This document shows, one piece after another, positions 20,803 to 31,334 of a stretch of 64,000 nucleotides of DNA. Origin of the DNA: a virus (lineage: Duplodnaviria > Caudoviricetes); IMG/VR virus record IMGVR_UViG_3300035208_002115, one strand, 5' to 3'. The notes below the pieces were generated by a model. It was not told the origin of the DNA. It searched no databases and saw only the letters and a list, made by a program, of their open reading frames with translations. Both the position numbers and the translations under genes were made by a program. Position 1 is the first letter of the stretch, and each line of letters opens with the position of its first letter.

Positions 20803-21213
20803 TTATTCGTAATAATAAATTTCATTATTATTCATATCAATTAAACCATTAAATCCCTTTGATTTAATAAAAGGTTCTATTGTATTATAAATTTCAGTTT
20901 TGGAAATGTTTTCTTTATAATACAAACCAGTATCATCAAACAATTCTGGAAATTGTTCTCGTATTTCATCTGCATATAATCCTTTGGGTGAATCCTTAAT
21001 TATATCAACATAACACAGTTTTTTACCAGATATATTTTTCGAAACTAATTTTCTATTATGTCCCATATATCCAGAAGCAAATCCTTTATCTAATGTATAA
21101 TATTTAGCATTGGGTCTGTCAGTATATTCAGCTCTATACATCTTAGTACCAACAGGTGCTATATATTCAACTAATATATTTTCTTTAATATATGTTGTAA
21201 ACTTTTTAATCAT
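20803..21213 (-). CDS. Leader-bearing protein (MIKKFTTYIKE) with ART-like domain
   Basis: MYRA...YYT...FASGY...GFNGL...EI; late motif at 21219-21227. Confidence 0.55.
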   Translation of the reverse strand: MIKKFTTYIKENILVEYIAPVGTKMYRAEYTDRPNAKYYTLDKGFASGYMGHNRKLVSKNISGKKLCYVDIIKDSPKGLYADEIREQFPELFDDTGLYYKENISKTEIYNTIEPFIKSKGFNGLIDMNNNEIYYYE

Positions 21214-21231
21214 ACCCTTATATATTAATTT

Positions 21232-22176
21232 CTAATCAAATGTTTGATTCATCGAATTAGATATTTCAATCATTCTTTCATATTCAGTTGGTGTTAAATC
21301 ATTAAAGAAAAAGTTAATTGGATTAATTCTCTGACCATTCTTAAAAACTTCATAGTGTAGATGTGTTCCAGTACTTGTACCCGTATTACCAACTAAACCT
21401 ATTATATCACCCCTTTTAACTTTCTGATGTATCTTCACATTAAATTTACTTGTATGTCCATACAATGTCTTATAACCATAACCATGATTAATTATAATAA
21501 CATTACCGTATCCTTTATCACCTTTCTGTAAAAATTCCACTTCACCATCACCAGTGGCAAATATTGGAGTGCCTTCCTTTGCACTAAAATCTAAACCATA
21601 ATGAAATTTTCTAATTTTATAAATTGGATGAATTCTCCAACCCCACCCACTGGCAGTTCTTCTTAAATCTTTATTAGATATTGGTTGTATAGCTGGAACA
21701 CACTTTAAAAAATCAACACGTTGTAACGCTAATTTTTCAATTTCTTCATAACTACCATATTCTTCAGTTATTTTATGTTGTATTTTTTTGAGACGTTGAT
21801 GAGTTTCTTCAATAAATTTAACATAATTTGAATTATATTTTTTACTATTAATTTCTTCGGCAAACGTATTAAAACTTGGTGCAGTTTCAAATAAAGATTT
21901 ATAAATAACACTATCTTTGGTTTCTATTTCATTAAGAATAGATTCTAATCCATCAATTCTATTAGTTATAATTTGAATATCAGTCCACATTATAAAAATA
22001 TTATCTTTTAATCTTTTTTCTTCTGGGGATTCAAATGTATATGAAATAATAAAATAAAAGACTATACCAAATGTTAATAAAAATAATATTTTTAGTAGAA
22101 CTTTTTTATATGTTATTTTTATTTCATCATATGAAAGATTTTTCGAATTATATTTATATGTTTTAATTTTTTTCAA
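21232..22176 (-). CDS. M23-family peptidoglycan endopeptidase, Bacteroidetes type
   Basis: HYGLDF, YGH, GNTGTSTGTHLHYEV; N-terminal TM and coiled coil. Confidence 0.92.
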   Translation of the reverse strand: MKKIKTYKYNSKNLSYDEIKITYKKVLLKILFLLTFGIVFYFIISYTFESPEEKRLKDNIFIMWTDIQIITNRIDGLESILNEIETKDSVIYKSLFETAPSFNTFAEEINSKKYNSNYVKFIEETHQRLKKIQHKITEEYGSYEEIEKLALQRVDFLKCVPAIQPISNKDLRRTASGWGWRIHPIYKIRKFHYGLDFSAKEGTPIFATGDGEVEFLQKGDKGYGNVIIINHGYGYKTLYGHTSKFNVKIHQKVKRGDIIGLVGNTGTSTGTHLHYEVFKNGQRINPINFFFNDLTPTEYERMIEISNSMNQTFD

Positions 22177-22281
22177 TTATAATAAACATTCATTTAAATG
22201 TATATATTATTGAATATATAAAAAATATATTTATAGGTTAATATACCGATAAAACACAAATATCGGTTAATATACCGATAT

Positions 22282-22578
22282 TTAAAATTTTAAGAAATCA
22301 TAATATTCTATCATCATATCCTGAATTTCTTTTCTTTCAGAATCTATTAAATCTCCATGTAAACTTTCAAAATTATCTAATAATTCTTCAATTAATTCAT
22401 TGGATATTTCACTATCACTTATACTTAAATAAAAATTTTCTTCAGAATCAAAATATTCAATATCATCATCGTTATTATTATTTGAAGATGATAATTTATC
22501 ATTATAAATTATATTCACTTCATTATAACCATATTCTTCTTTAAAATCTTCAAATGTTTGTTTTAATAAATTGTTCAT
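22282..22578 (-). CDS. Acidic hypothetical protein
   Basis: Very Asp/Glu-rich ORF. Confidence 0.55.
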   Translation of the reverse strand: MNNLLKQTFEDFKEEYGYNEVNIIYNDKLSSSNNNNDDDIEYFDSEENFYLSISDSEISNELIEELLDNFESLHGDLIDSERKEIQDMMIEYYDFLKF

Positions 22579-22815
22579 AATGCTTTTTTTATTTTGATTT
22601 ATATATTTAAATCAAAAAAGATAAAAAAAAGAAAATTAAATAATATATATAATATAATATATCATTAAGTTGTACCTTTTTGAGAAGTTTGAACATCAAA
22701 AAATATAAAACAGTGATAATTAGAATATTATATTTTTAATAAAAATGAATAAAAATGAATAAAAAAGATATTATTTTAAAAATATATACATATATAAAAA
22801 TAAATTTTTAGAAAC

Positions 22816-23094
22816 ATGAAACTAAACAATTTACTTAACTTTAATGATTTTGTGAAGAATTTTCAAACTGACTTTGAAGCTAAGAAAACCAAGAGAACTG
22901 AAACATCAAAGGATGTATTAGGTGAGGGTAAAACTGAAGAAACTGTCATAACCGAAGAACAATCAATCACACCTGAAGAAAAGATAGATGAAAAAAAAGG
23001 TGAATGTGAATGCAAAGAGGGTGAAGAATGTGAAAAATGTAAAGATTGTAAATGTAAAGACGGTAAATCTGAAGAAGATACTGTTAAAGAATAA
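22816..23094 (+). CDS. Acidic, Cys-containing small protein with leader-like N-terminus
   Basis: MKLNNLLNFNDF; CECKEGEECEKCKDCKC. Confidence 0.6.
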   Translation: MKLNNLLNFNDFVKNFQTDFEAKKTKRTETSKDVLGEGKTEETVITEEQSITPEEKIDEKKGECECKEGEECEKCKDCKCKDGKSEEDTVKE

Positions 23095-23158
23095 ATATTT
23101 TTATTGAAAAAAAATTATCAATAGTAAAATTTAAACAAAAACTTTTTTTTGTTCTATA

Positions 23159-26083
23159 ATGAACAACAAAACATGTTTAGTTATGAAAAAGATTTTTCTA
23201 TTGATAATTTTTTTTGTATATAGTATACATATCATCGGACAAGATTGTAGTATTATATCAAAAGCAAATGATATTCTTCCCACCGATTTATGTTCTCCAG
23301 TATCTGTTGATTGGACTATAACTTATAGAGGTGTAAATAATAATAGTACACCAGTAATTATTCGTTATGATTGGGATGATGGTACAGTTCAAACCGTTCC
23401 AGCCACAAATACCAATCCAGACCCAACTGTACGTGAATGGAGCGCAATTTTAAACCACACTTATAATTCAAATAATCAATGTAATTATCAACCTTCTGCC
23501 ACTTTAATTGTTAATGGTCAAGTGTGTACATCATCTGAACAACAACAAATTGTAACTGTATGGGATGATGATAATCATAATGGTGGTCGTCTAAGAATAA
23601 CACCAACTATTTATCCTATTTGTTTTGGTAATAGTGCCAATGTTCGTTTTAGGGATGTTACAAGATTTAACTGTGTTCCACCACAAGAAAATGATGTTCC
23701 GAATTTAGAGACAAGGTGGATTCAATGGGTGTATGGTACAGATATTACGATGACTGGTACACCAGTCACTATAAATGGTGTATCACAAACCTTCCCTTAT
23801 TATGGAAATATTATTACTCTACCAGCACCAGTATCTGGTTCTGGAATTTATAGTCAATGGTTAAATGTTGCTAATGATAAGTTAATAGGACAATATTTTC
23901 AAGTTACGTTAAGATATTGGAATTATTGTAATCCATATGATGACCCAAACATACCCGGCCTACCAACCGACTTAATCAATGGGGACAATGACCCTGTTAC
24001 AACCACTGCTATTATATTAATAGTACCGTATCCAGATGCAACAATAAATAAAACGCCAGATATTTGTCGAACTGCGAGTCCAATAAATCTAACTGCTATT
24101 ACCAATGGTGGTACGTGGTCAGGAGTTGGTATAATAAATGCAACAAGTGGTTTATTTTCACCGACAGTTGCAGGTTCTGGACAACATGTAATTAGATATG
24201 ATGTAACTGATGGAAATGGATGTAGTAATTGGGATACTGCAATAGTAAATGTATTATCAACACCCGTTGTTAATATAACTGATTTTGCACCAATATGTTT
24301 TACAACAGATACATTTGATTTAGATGTAGATTTTCCTCTTGGTATGTGGTCTGGTGACGGAATAACTGATAATACACTTGGGTATTTTTCACCAACACGA
24401 ACAGGAGATTATACAATTAGTTTTTCAACACCACCTGATACGAATGGTTGTGTGGGAGTTGACCAAACAACAATTACAGTATATGATTTACCAAATGCTT
24501 GGTTTGTAACCAAGGATTCAGCCTTTTGTGATAATAATGTTAATATTATACCAATTGAGATACACATTGAACTTTTCGGTGGTGTGACTAATTTAATATT
24601 ATCAAGAAATGGTGTATCTCAAACTATAAACAATATTACTACAAATCAAATATCAGTCAATGATACAATTGATACTAATGGTTTATATGATTATAATTTG
24701 ATTAGTATAACAGAATATCATGATTCATTGGTTTGTTCAGCTTCATTGAGTGATTCAATAGAATTAGATGTTTATCCACTTCCTAATTCGGAATTTACAA
24801 TAATGACTGATAATTATTGTAGTCCTGTCATAGCTAATTTTACAGCACAAACTGGTTATTTTAGATATGATTGGAATTTTAATGATGGTGCATCAGAAAC
24901 AAATTCTTTGACATCATTAGTTCATGGATATGTTAATAACACAATAATCGATACCACATTTCACCCAACTTTGACGGTTTACACAAACAATAATTGTGTA
25001 TCAACAACTACACATGATATTCATATTTATCCAAGGCCAATTGCTGATTTTTTTGTTGCACCGATAGAACAGATATTACCAAGCTCGACTGTTTTGTTGG
25101 ATAATTTAAGTAATGCAGGTAATTGGATGTATTATTGGAACTTTGGTGATGGAACTTTTAATAATGTGAAAGAACCATCGACCCATACATATATGAATTA
25201 TGGTGAGTATCGAATTTTTTTAAGAACATACAGTTTATATTGTTCTGATAGTCTTACTAAATCTATTTTAATACTTCCACCACCACCATCAGCTCGTATT
25301 GAATCTGATTCATCTGGTTGTCCACCATTAATTATGAGTTTTAAAAATTATACCTCATATGCTGAGAGTTTCATATGGGATTTCGGAGATGGGTTTTATT
25401 CAACTGAATATGAACCGACACATACATTTTATGAAAGTGGAACATATAATATCGTTATGACTGCTTATGGTATGAGTGGTATAACAAAAGATTCGGTTAA
25501 TATTACAATATATTCTCATCCAATTGCAATGTTTAATGTGTATCCTGAAGAAGCGGTTGACTTGAATCAAATATTCAAATTTTATAACACATCAATAGAT
25601 ATGAGTAGATGCTATTGGTTATTTGGTGATGGTAATACATCAACTGATGAACACCCATCATATTCTTATTCAAGCGAAGGCGTGTATGATATAACATTAT
25701 ACGTATGGAGTGAAAATAATTGTACGGATTCAATAATAAAAGATAATTTAATTAGAGTTAATTCAGATAATGGTCAAATAATATTTCCAAATGCTTTTAA
25801 ATGGAATCTCACTGGCTCTACTGGTGGGTATTGGAATAATAATATAATTGATAATACAGTGTTCAGACCACACCCAACAAACGTTTCTGAATATAGGTTG
25901 GAAATTTATAATAGGTGGGGAAACTTAATTTATCAATCTGACCAATTAGAAAAGGGTTGGGATGGGTATCTTAATGATGGAATGCATTTGGCTGAACAGG
26001 GTGTATATGTCTGGAAATGTTGGGTGACTTATACATCTGGAAGAAAAGAAATATTAAGCGGTTATGTAACGTTTTTACATTAA
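23159..26083 (+). CDS. PKD-repeat protein with T9SS type-B (gliding-motility-associated) C-terminal sorting domain
   Basis: Signal peptide, multiple WxFGDG PKD units, C-terminal FPNAF...IYNRWG...GWDG...QGVY...GYVTF. Confidence 0.9.
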   Translation: MNNKTCLVMKKIFLLIIFFVYSIHIIGQDCSIISKANDILPTDLCSPVSVDWTITYRGVNNNSTPVIIRYDWDDGTVQTVPATNTNPDPTVREWSAILNHTYNSNNQCNYQPSATLIVNGQVCTSSEQQQIVTVWDDDNHNGGRLRITPTIYPICFGNSANVRFRDVTRFNCVPPQENDVPNLETRWIQWVYGTDITMTGTPVTINGVSQTFPYYGNIITLPAPVSGSGIYSQWLNVANDKLIGQYFQVTLRYWNYCNPYDDPNIPGLPTDLINGDNDPVTTTAIILIVPYPDATINKTPDICRTASPINLTAITNGGTWSGVGIINATSGLFSPTVAGSGQHVIRYDVTDGNGCSNWDTAIVNVLSTPVVNITDFAPICFTTDTFDLDVDFPLGMWSGDGITDNTLGYFSPTRTGDYTISFSTPPDTNGCVGVDQTTITVYDLPNAWFVTKDSAFCDNNVNIIPIEIHIELFGGVTNLILSRNGVSQTINNITTNQISVNDTIDTNGLYDYNLISITEYHDSLVCSASLSDSIELDVYPLPNSEFTIMTDNYCSPVIANFTAQTGYFRYDWNFNDGASETNSLTSLVHGYVNNTIIDTTFHPTLTVYTNNNCVSTTTHDIHIYPRPIADFFVAPIEQILPSSTVLLDNLSNAGNWMYYWNFGDGTFNNVKEPSTHTYMNYGEYRIFLRTYSLYCSDSLTKSILILPPPPSARIESDSSGCPPLIMSFKNYTSYAESFIWDFGDGFYSTEYEPTHTFYESGTYNIVMTAYGMSGITKDSVNITIYSHPIAMFNVYPEEAVDLNQIFKFYNTSIDMSRCYWLFGDGNTSTDEHPSYSYSSEGVYDITLYVWSENNCTDSIIKDNLIRVNSDNGQIIFPNAFKWNLTGSTGGYWNNNIIDNTVFRPHPTNVSEYRLEIYNRWGNLIYQSDQLEKGWDGYLNDGMHLAEQGVYVWKCWVTYTSGRKEILSGYVTFLH

Positions 26084-26102
26084 AATATTATATAGACCTT
26101 AT

Positions 26103-26672
26103 GTGGGATTATATATAATTAAAAATAAAATTTATAGGATGAAAAAATTTATTAAATTGATGGGTGTTATGTTGTTAACATTAACAATGTTTATGTTTGT
26201 ATCATGTTCTTATGACACAGATGAATTTTATAAAAAGTATGATAATAATTCAAATTATATTATCAAAACTGATATTAGTAATTATCCATATATTACGGAT
26301 ACTATTAATAATATTCAATATAAAAGTATATATATTAGTCGAACCATAGACTTTAAAAACAGTGTTAATTTTTGTAAAAATCTGTCTAATGATTATAAAA
26401 TAAAATTTAATGGTAAATTTTCGAAAGTGTTTATAAAAATTTATGTTAAACCACTCAATAAATATTATAATGAAATCGTATGTTGGGTTGGTGATGATAA
26501 GAACAAGGATAGTGGTGAAACTATTATTACATACTATGGTATTTTTGATGATATATTTGTTGATGAATTTATACGTAATATAGAGTTTATAGAGAAAATT
26601 CTTAATTCAACTGAGAAAACAAATAATTCAAAATCAAATAATTTGAATTATAGTAATCAGTCGAATATTTAA
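26103..26672 (+). CDS. Putative lipoprotein
   Basis: MKKFIK...FMFVSC lipobox-like signal from an internal ATG. Confidence 0.55.
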   Translation: MGLYIIKNKIYRMKKFIKLMGVMLLTLTMFMFVSCSYDTDEFYKKYDNNSNYIIKTDISNYPYITDTINNIQYKSIYISRTIDFKNSVNFCKNLSNDYKIKFNGKFSKVFIKIYVKPLNKYYNEIVCWVGDDKNKDSGETIITYYGIFDDIFVDEFIRNIEFIEKILNSTEKTNNSKSNNLNYSNQSNI

Positions 26673-26723
26673 TATTATTTTTTAAGATATAAGAATAAGT
26701 ATTATTTTTGTAAAAAAAATAAC

Positions 26724-27260
26724 ATGACTAATAATCATAAATATGCTACTTTCTTTGGTAACTCTTTTGAAACAGAAGATTATCCCAATTATCAAGATAC
26801 AATAAAGATTGGTAAATTATTGGCAGAATCTGGTTATACTGTTAAAAACGGTGGTTATAGTGGGTTAATGACTGCTGTTTCAAAAGGTGCTAAAGAAGCT
26901 GGTGGCGAAGTTATAGGATACACATGTCAAATATTTCCTTCTGTTAAGGGTAATGAATACTTAACCCAAACTGTAATTACTACAAATATATTCGAAAGAT
27001 TGTTCTTATTGATGGATGAGAGTGAATTATTTGTTATTCAGATTGGGTCTTATGGTACATTATCAGAAGCCTTTTTATTAATGGATTTAATAAAAGCCTC
27101 GAATATAAAACCAGTTATATTTTTTATAGGAGATATGTGGTCAGAAATATTTGACGTTCTTCGTGAACACTTAATTATGTCTATGAATGATAATAACATT
27201 TTCTTTTGTAAAGATTATATAGCCTTTGAGATAAATATTTTGATGTTAAAAAATAAATAA
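26724..27260 (+). CDS. LOG/SLOG-family Rossmann-fold nucleotide-binding protein
   Basis: NGGYSGLMTAVSKGA, ER..LM, GSYGTLSE; TATTTTTG promoter at 26703-26710. Confidence 0.85.
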   Translation: MTNNHKYATFFGNSFETEDYPNYQDTIKIGKLLAESGYTVKNGGYSGLMTAVSKGAKEAGGEVIGYTCQIFPSVKGNEYLTQTVITTNIFERLFLLMDESELFVIQIGSYGTLSEAFLLMDLIKASNIKPVIFFIGDMWSEIFDVLREHLIMSMNDNNIFFCKDYIAFEINILMLKNK

Positions 27261-27265
27261 TTTAT

Positions 27266-27502
27266 ATGGATATTGTTTATGAGTTTTTATATAATAGTTC
27301 TTGTTGCGAAAGTGCAGCTCACACAATGAGTATTCATAAAACCCAACGGGGTGCTGAAATAGCTATGGAATTTCATAGAAATGAAAAGAAAAACGAGTAT
27401 GATGAATTGATGAATGGTTATTATGATGAAGAATATAAAGAAGAATACCCTTATGATTTTGACCAATGGTGGGAAATAAGGGAAACTGAATTACAAGATT
27501 AA
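27266..27502 (+). CDS. Hypothetical protein
   Basis: ORF in operon. Confidence 0.6.
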   Translation: MDIVYEFLYNSSCCESAAHTMSIHKTQRGAEIAMEFHRNEKKNEYDELMNGYYDEEYKEEYPYDFDQWWEIRETELQD

Positions 27503-27827
27503 CTAACAAGCTTATAAGCCATTTCAGTGAGTTTAGAACTCAATTTTATTTTATACTTTTCAGCATTATTTGGTTTAATCTCAAATTTTAATTTATCATC
27601 TATAACCACAAAATTTATAACCGAATCATCATTTATAGCACCATTTTTTTCGGTTATTATTAAAGTACTACTATTTATTTTAGATAAAATGACTGATAAT
27701 TCTTTCGTTTTAGAAAAAGGTATAAATAAAATTTGACATTTTGTAATTTCTTCAACACTATCGAAATGTTTAACTATAATTGTTTGTGTTCCGACAGTCT
27801 TCTTATTTGAATAAGAATTAATTTCAT

Positions 27828-29051
27828 ATTTTTTGAACAGGAAACACCGAAATCTTCAGTTTCGGTGAGGAATGTTCAGCCTATTATTTTTTAAAACTTT
27901 TTACAGTTTTTAATATATATATTAAAAATGAACATCACATTAAAAATTAAATTAGAACCCACTGAAGAACAAAAAATTTTTCTTTTACAGACATTGAAAG
28001 AAACTAATGATGTTTGTAATCTGATTTCTGATTTTGCATGGGGTGACAAAATATTCAACAAATTCAAATTACACTATCAATTATATCACAAATTGAAAAA
28101 TTCTACTGATTTGAGTAGTCAAATGTTAGTAAGATGTTTTCAAAAAGTAAGTTCTTCTTACAAAGTAGATAAGAAACGTAAAAGAATATTCAAAGAATAT
28201 GGTTCTATTGCATATGATTCCAGAATATTAACATATAATTTACATAATAATATTATATCTATTTGGTGTATAGGAGGTAGACAGAAAATTAAATTCGTAA
28301 CACATAATCAAGAATATTTAAAATATATTAAAGGTGAAGGTGACTTAGTATACAAAAAAGGTAAATTTTACATATATCAAACTATCAATGTACCAGAAAA
28401 AAAGCTAATAATTAATAATGATTATTTAGGTATTGATATGGGGATTACTGATATTATTGTTACATCAGATAATTTACATTATTCTTCTGATGTTTTAAAT
28501 GAATATAGGGAAAAAAGACAAAGAATTCGTAGTTCTTTACAAAGCAAAGGTACTAAGGGGTGTAAAAAACTCTTGAAACAATTAAGTGGTAAGGAAAGAA
28601 CACATTCAAGTATTATTAATCACACTATTTCTAAACAATTAGTTAATAATGCTATCGAAACTAAAAGAAATATAGTATTAGAAGATTTAAAAGGAATTAG
28701 GTTTAACAACAAAAGAAATTCAAAGAAATTTAGAATTAAATTAGGAAAGTGGAATTTTTCACAATTAAGACAGTATATTGAATACAAATCAAAAATAAAT
28801 GGTGTTCAATGTATGGTAGTACAACCTAATTATACAAGCCAAACTTGTAATTGTTGTAAACATATTGGTAAAAGAAATGGGAAAGAATTCAAATGTGAAA
28901 ACTGTGGATTAACAATAGATGCTGATTATAATGCAGCATTGAATATTAGTTTACTTGGGGGTGCTATAAATCGCCCTGAACAATCAACTATGTACTGTTG
29001 TATATAGTTAGGTTGAAAACCGCTAAATCTTTTAGTTTAGCGGTAGTTTAT
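27828..29051 (+). mobile_element. IS200/IS605-family (IS1341-like, TnpB-only) element
   Basis: Left hairpin CACCGAAA-TCTTCAG-TTTCGGTG (27845-27867); right hairpin ACCGCTAAA-TCTTTTAG-TTTAGCGGT (29019-29044), element ending TAGTTTAT; inserted 3' of TTCAT; ends fixed by reconstructing the split gene. Confidence 0.85.
27928..29007 (+). CDS. tnpB: RNA-guided endonuclease TnpB
   Basis: RuvC motifs GIDMG, VLEDL, DADYNAA; Zn ribbon YTSQTCNCC...CENCG. Confidence 0.93.
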   Translation: MNITLKIKLEPTEEQKIFLLQTLKETNDVCNLISDFAWGDKIFNKFKLHYQLYHKLKNSTDLSSQMLVRCFQKVSSSYKVDKKRKRIFKEYGSIAYDSRILTYNLHNNIISIWCIGGRQKIKFVTHNQEYLKYIKGEGDLVYKKGKFYIYQTINVPEKKLIINNDYLGIDMGITDIIVTSDNLHYSSDVLNEYREKRQRIRSSLQSKGTKGCKKLLKQLSGKERTHSSIINHTISKQLVNNAIETKRNIVLEDLKGIRFNNKRNSKKFRIKLGKWNFSQLRQYIEYKSKINGVQCMVVQPNYTSQTCNCCKHIGKRNGKEFKCENCGLTIDADYNAALNISLLGGAINRPEQSTMYCCI

Positions 29052-29452
29052 TATAAGCATCTTTAGACCCATAAACACCAATAACAAAATCATTCGTTTT
29101 AGTTTCGGCTGGAAATTCTATTAAACGAGTGAAATTATAGATAAACATAGCTTGTGTTCTTTGAATAGTGTTTTGACTATACAAATTGAATAATATAAAA
29201 CAAAAAATTATTATACTTATCATCTTTTTCATAATATTATTTTTAAATATATTTTTTATACGCCTTATACTTTATATGGTTACATATTATGAGCAATATG
29301 AAAATATAAATCATAATACACATACTTACAAATAGTTAGGATTATTAATTATATCATATTAAAAATAAATCAAACCTTTTAATGATTTATTAATACAATT
29401 GTTATAGGTGGTTCTTAATATATAGATTCAAAGAACACATTTATATAAAAGA

Positions 29453-30028
29453 ATGTTTTCATATAAAAAATATGACATCGCAATGAAGAATATAAAACTG
29501 ACTGCCGACTGGATTCTTTTAAATTTAACAAACACATATTATTGCGAAAATGGTGTAGTCACCATCACACCATTGGATGAATTTTCAGCTTATGAATTTA
29601 TAATATTAACTTTAAAACAATTAAAAATAAATTTTGAAGAACTTGAAACTTGTGATGAGGATGATGATGACGATATGGACACTGGAGAAACAATTATAAC
29701 TTTTAATTTTTCTGATGTCTATGAAAAAGATTGTCCAGCTTTTTATAGTATGATGAAATCATTAAATGAAGGTAAAAATAATGTTGTTGATATAAGTGGT
29801 GAAAATATAAATTTAATGAAATTAAAAGATATTGATACCAGTTTCATGAAGAATCAAACAGATGATAAAATATTTGATTATTTATATTCACTTGGTTGTA
29901 AACCAGAACAAATAAAATTAATAATTAAAAACATCAAAAAGATTGAAAACAAAAAATTTATGATAGATGATTGTGATGTTTTTATAATTGATGAAAGTAC
30001 TGACGAAATAAAAAAGATAAAAGATTAA
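29453..30028 (+). CDS. Hypothetical acidic protein
   Basis: ORF, upstream TAATATATA at 29416-29424. Confidence 0.65.
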   Translation: MFSYKKYDIAMKNIKLTADWILLNLTNTYYCENGVVTITPLDEFSAYEFIILTLKQLKINFEELETCDEDDDDDMDTGETIITFNFSDVYEKDCPAFYSMMKSLNEGKNNVVDISGENINLMKLKDIDTSFMKNQTDDKIFDYLYSLGCKPEQIKLIIKNIKKIENKKFMIDDCDVFIIDESTDEIKKIKD

Positions 30029-30044
30029 AAATAACTTACAATAC

Positions 30045-30296
30045 ATGGAACATTTAAAACCGTTTGAATTACATAAATTAAATGAGAATAAAACTACCAA
30101 TAATTGGGTAGTTACTTGTTATAATAAAAGTAATAAAATAATAAAACAATGGACTATTGAAGATAGGACTGAACATGAAGCTGAAAAAGAAGCCGAACCA
30201 AATATACCAAATGATGTATATGATTGGTCATTAATGCCTAAAAAATTCTGGGATGATATTAAAAAATCTGAAAAAAGAATTAAAAATGATAAATAA
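30045..30296 (+). CDS. Leader-bearing small protein (MEHLKPFELHKLNE)
   Basis: Shared leader. Confidence 0.65.
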   Translation: MEHLKPFELHKLNENKTTNNWVVTCYNKSNKIIKQWTIEDRTEHEAEKEAEPNIPNDVYDWSLMPKKFWDDIKKSEKRIKNDK

Positions 30297-30298
30297 TT

Positions 30299-30556
30299 AT
30301 GATACATATTAAACTATTTGAAGAATTTAATGATGACTCTACCGATATTAAAGTAATAGTCTCTAAGAAATATTCCATTGACCAAGCTGAACGTCTAATA
30401 TCAAATTTAGAAGATATTCACAATATTAGTGGACAATTTATAGATTGGACAGATGATGGTAGAGTTATACTGGAACTGTCTGCCGATGGAACGTGGAATA
30501 AAGAGAATTTCTTAGAATTTATAGAGAATTCTGAATATTTTGATAAAATCATTTAA
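30299..30556 (+). CDS. Leader-bearing small protein (MIHIKLFEEF)
   Basis: Shared leader. Confidence 0.65.
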   Translation: MIHIKLFEEFNDDSTDIKVIVSKKYSIDQAERLISNLEDIHNISGQFIDWTDDGRVILELSADGTWNKENFLEFIENSEYFDKII

Positions 30557-30568
30557 TAATTTATATTT

Positions 30569-31213
30569 TTATTTTAATTGAAGTTTCTCCATCTTCAGTT
30601 TTCGAAGTAATAATTTATAATCTTTTAATGTTAATTCAGTAATATCATTTCCATATTCATCTATTATTTGAAATTCATCAAAAGAACAAGTTTCACTATC
30701 TTCTCTTGGTAATACACCTATATATCCATCATAAACTTCATTAGTCCAACCATCAAATAAACCACAATTATCATTAAATTTTATATCATCGCTATTATAA
30801 TCAACAAATGGTGTACCGTCCAGTTTAGCCACACTTCCTTCAACATACCATGTATCTGGTAATGCTATAAACTTACACTTACTTAATATTTTCCTGTATT
30901 CTTTTATTGTCATAGGTGATTTTCTTCCAGTATAATTTCTTTTAGTTTTTCTTTTCTTAATCTTGCTTTTTAATTTACTTACACATATTTTTACCCATCT
31001 ATCATCATACTCACCAAATTTTTTACCATATTTATATTTAGTTAAATCCACCCAATTCTGGTCAACTATAACATGTTCACTAATAGCATTCGTCCGTTTT
31101 CTTTCAGTAACATTTCTAAATCCCCATATTCCACTGCTATTAGTGTGGGGTTTTAATAAAAAAAATGTTTTCATTTTGAATTGTAGGTAATACCATTGTA
31201 TTCTCGCTGTCAC
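30569..31213 (-). CDS. Hypothetical protein with C-terminal RKLKMEKL tag
   Basis: ORF, shared C-terminal motif; start uncertain. Confidence 0.6.
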   Translation of the reverse strand: MTARIQWYYLQFKMKTFFLLKPHTNSSGIWGFRNVTERKRTNAISEHVIVDQNWVDLTKYKYGKKFGEYDDRWVKICVSKLKSKIKKRKTKRNYTGRKSPMTIKEYRKILSKCKFIALPDTWYVEGSVAKLDGTPFVDYNSDDIKFNDNCGLFDGWTNEVYDGYIGVLPREDSETCSFDEFQIIDEYGNDITELTLKDYKLLLRKLKMEKLQLK

Positions 31214-31334
31214 TTTGAACAGAATAAATTTCGAAATATATATATTTTATATCTGACATTTTATAAGTGTTTCAAATAGTGCAATTAAGAGGTTTCTCAT
31301 TTTTAATATATAATAAAAAATATGAAAAGTTTTT

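Larger units (their letters stand above)
27499..29232 (-). pseudogene. YfiR/DUF4154-family secreted protein gene split by a TnpB element (5' part 29052-29232, 3' part 27499-27827)
   Basis: N-part has signal peptide and AMFIYNFTRLIEFP...FVIGVYG; C-part has CQILFIP...TLIITE...INFV...KLKFEI...LSSKL. Joining restores one 169-aa frame (DAY-N-EIN). Confidence 0.85.

Noticed and set aside
27527-27736. Plus-strand 69-aa ORF
   Set aside because: It is the antisense shadow of the 3' half of the split yfiR-like gene.
27828-29051. IStron (self-splicing TnpB element)
   Set aside because: The element is antisense to the interrupted gene and has only about 100 nt upstream of tnpB, too little for a group I intron core.
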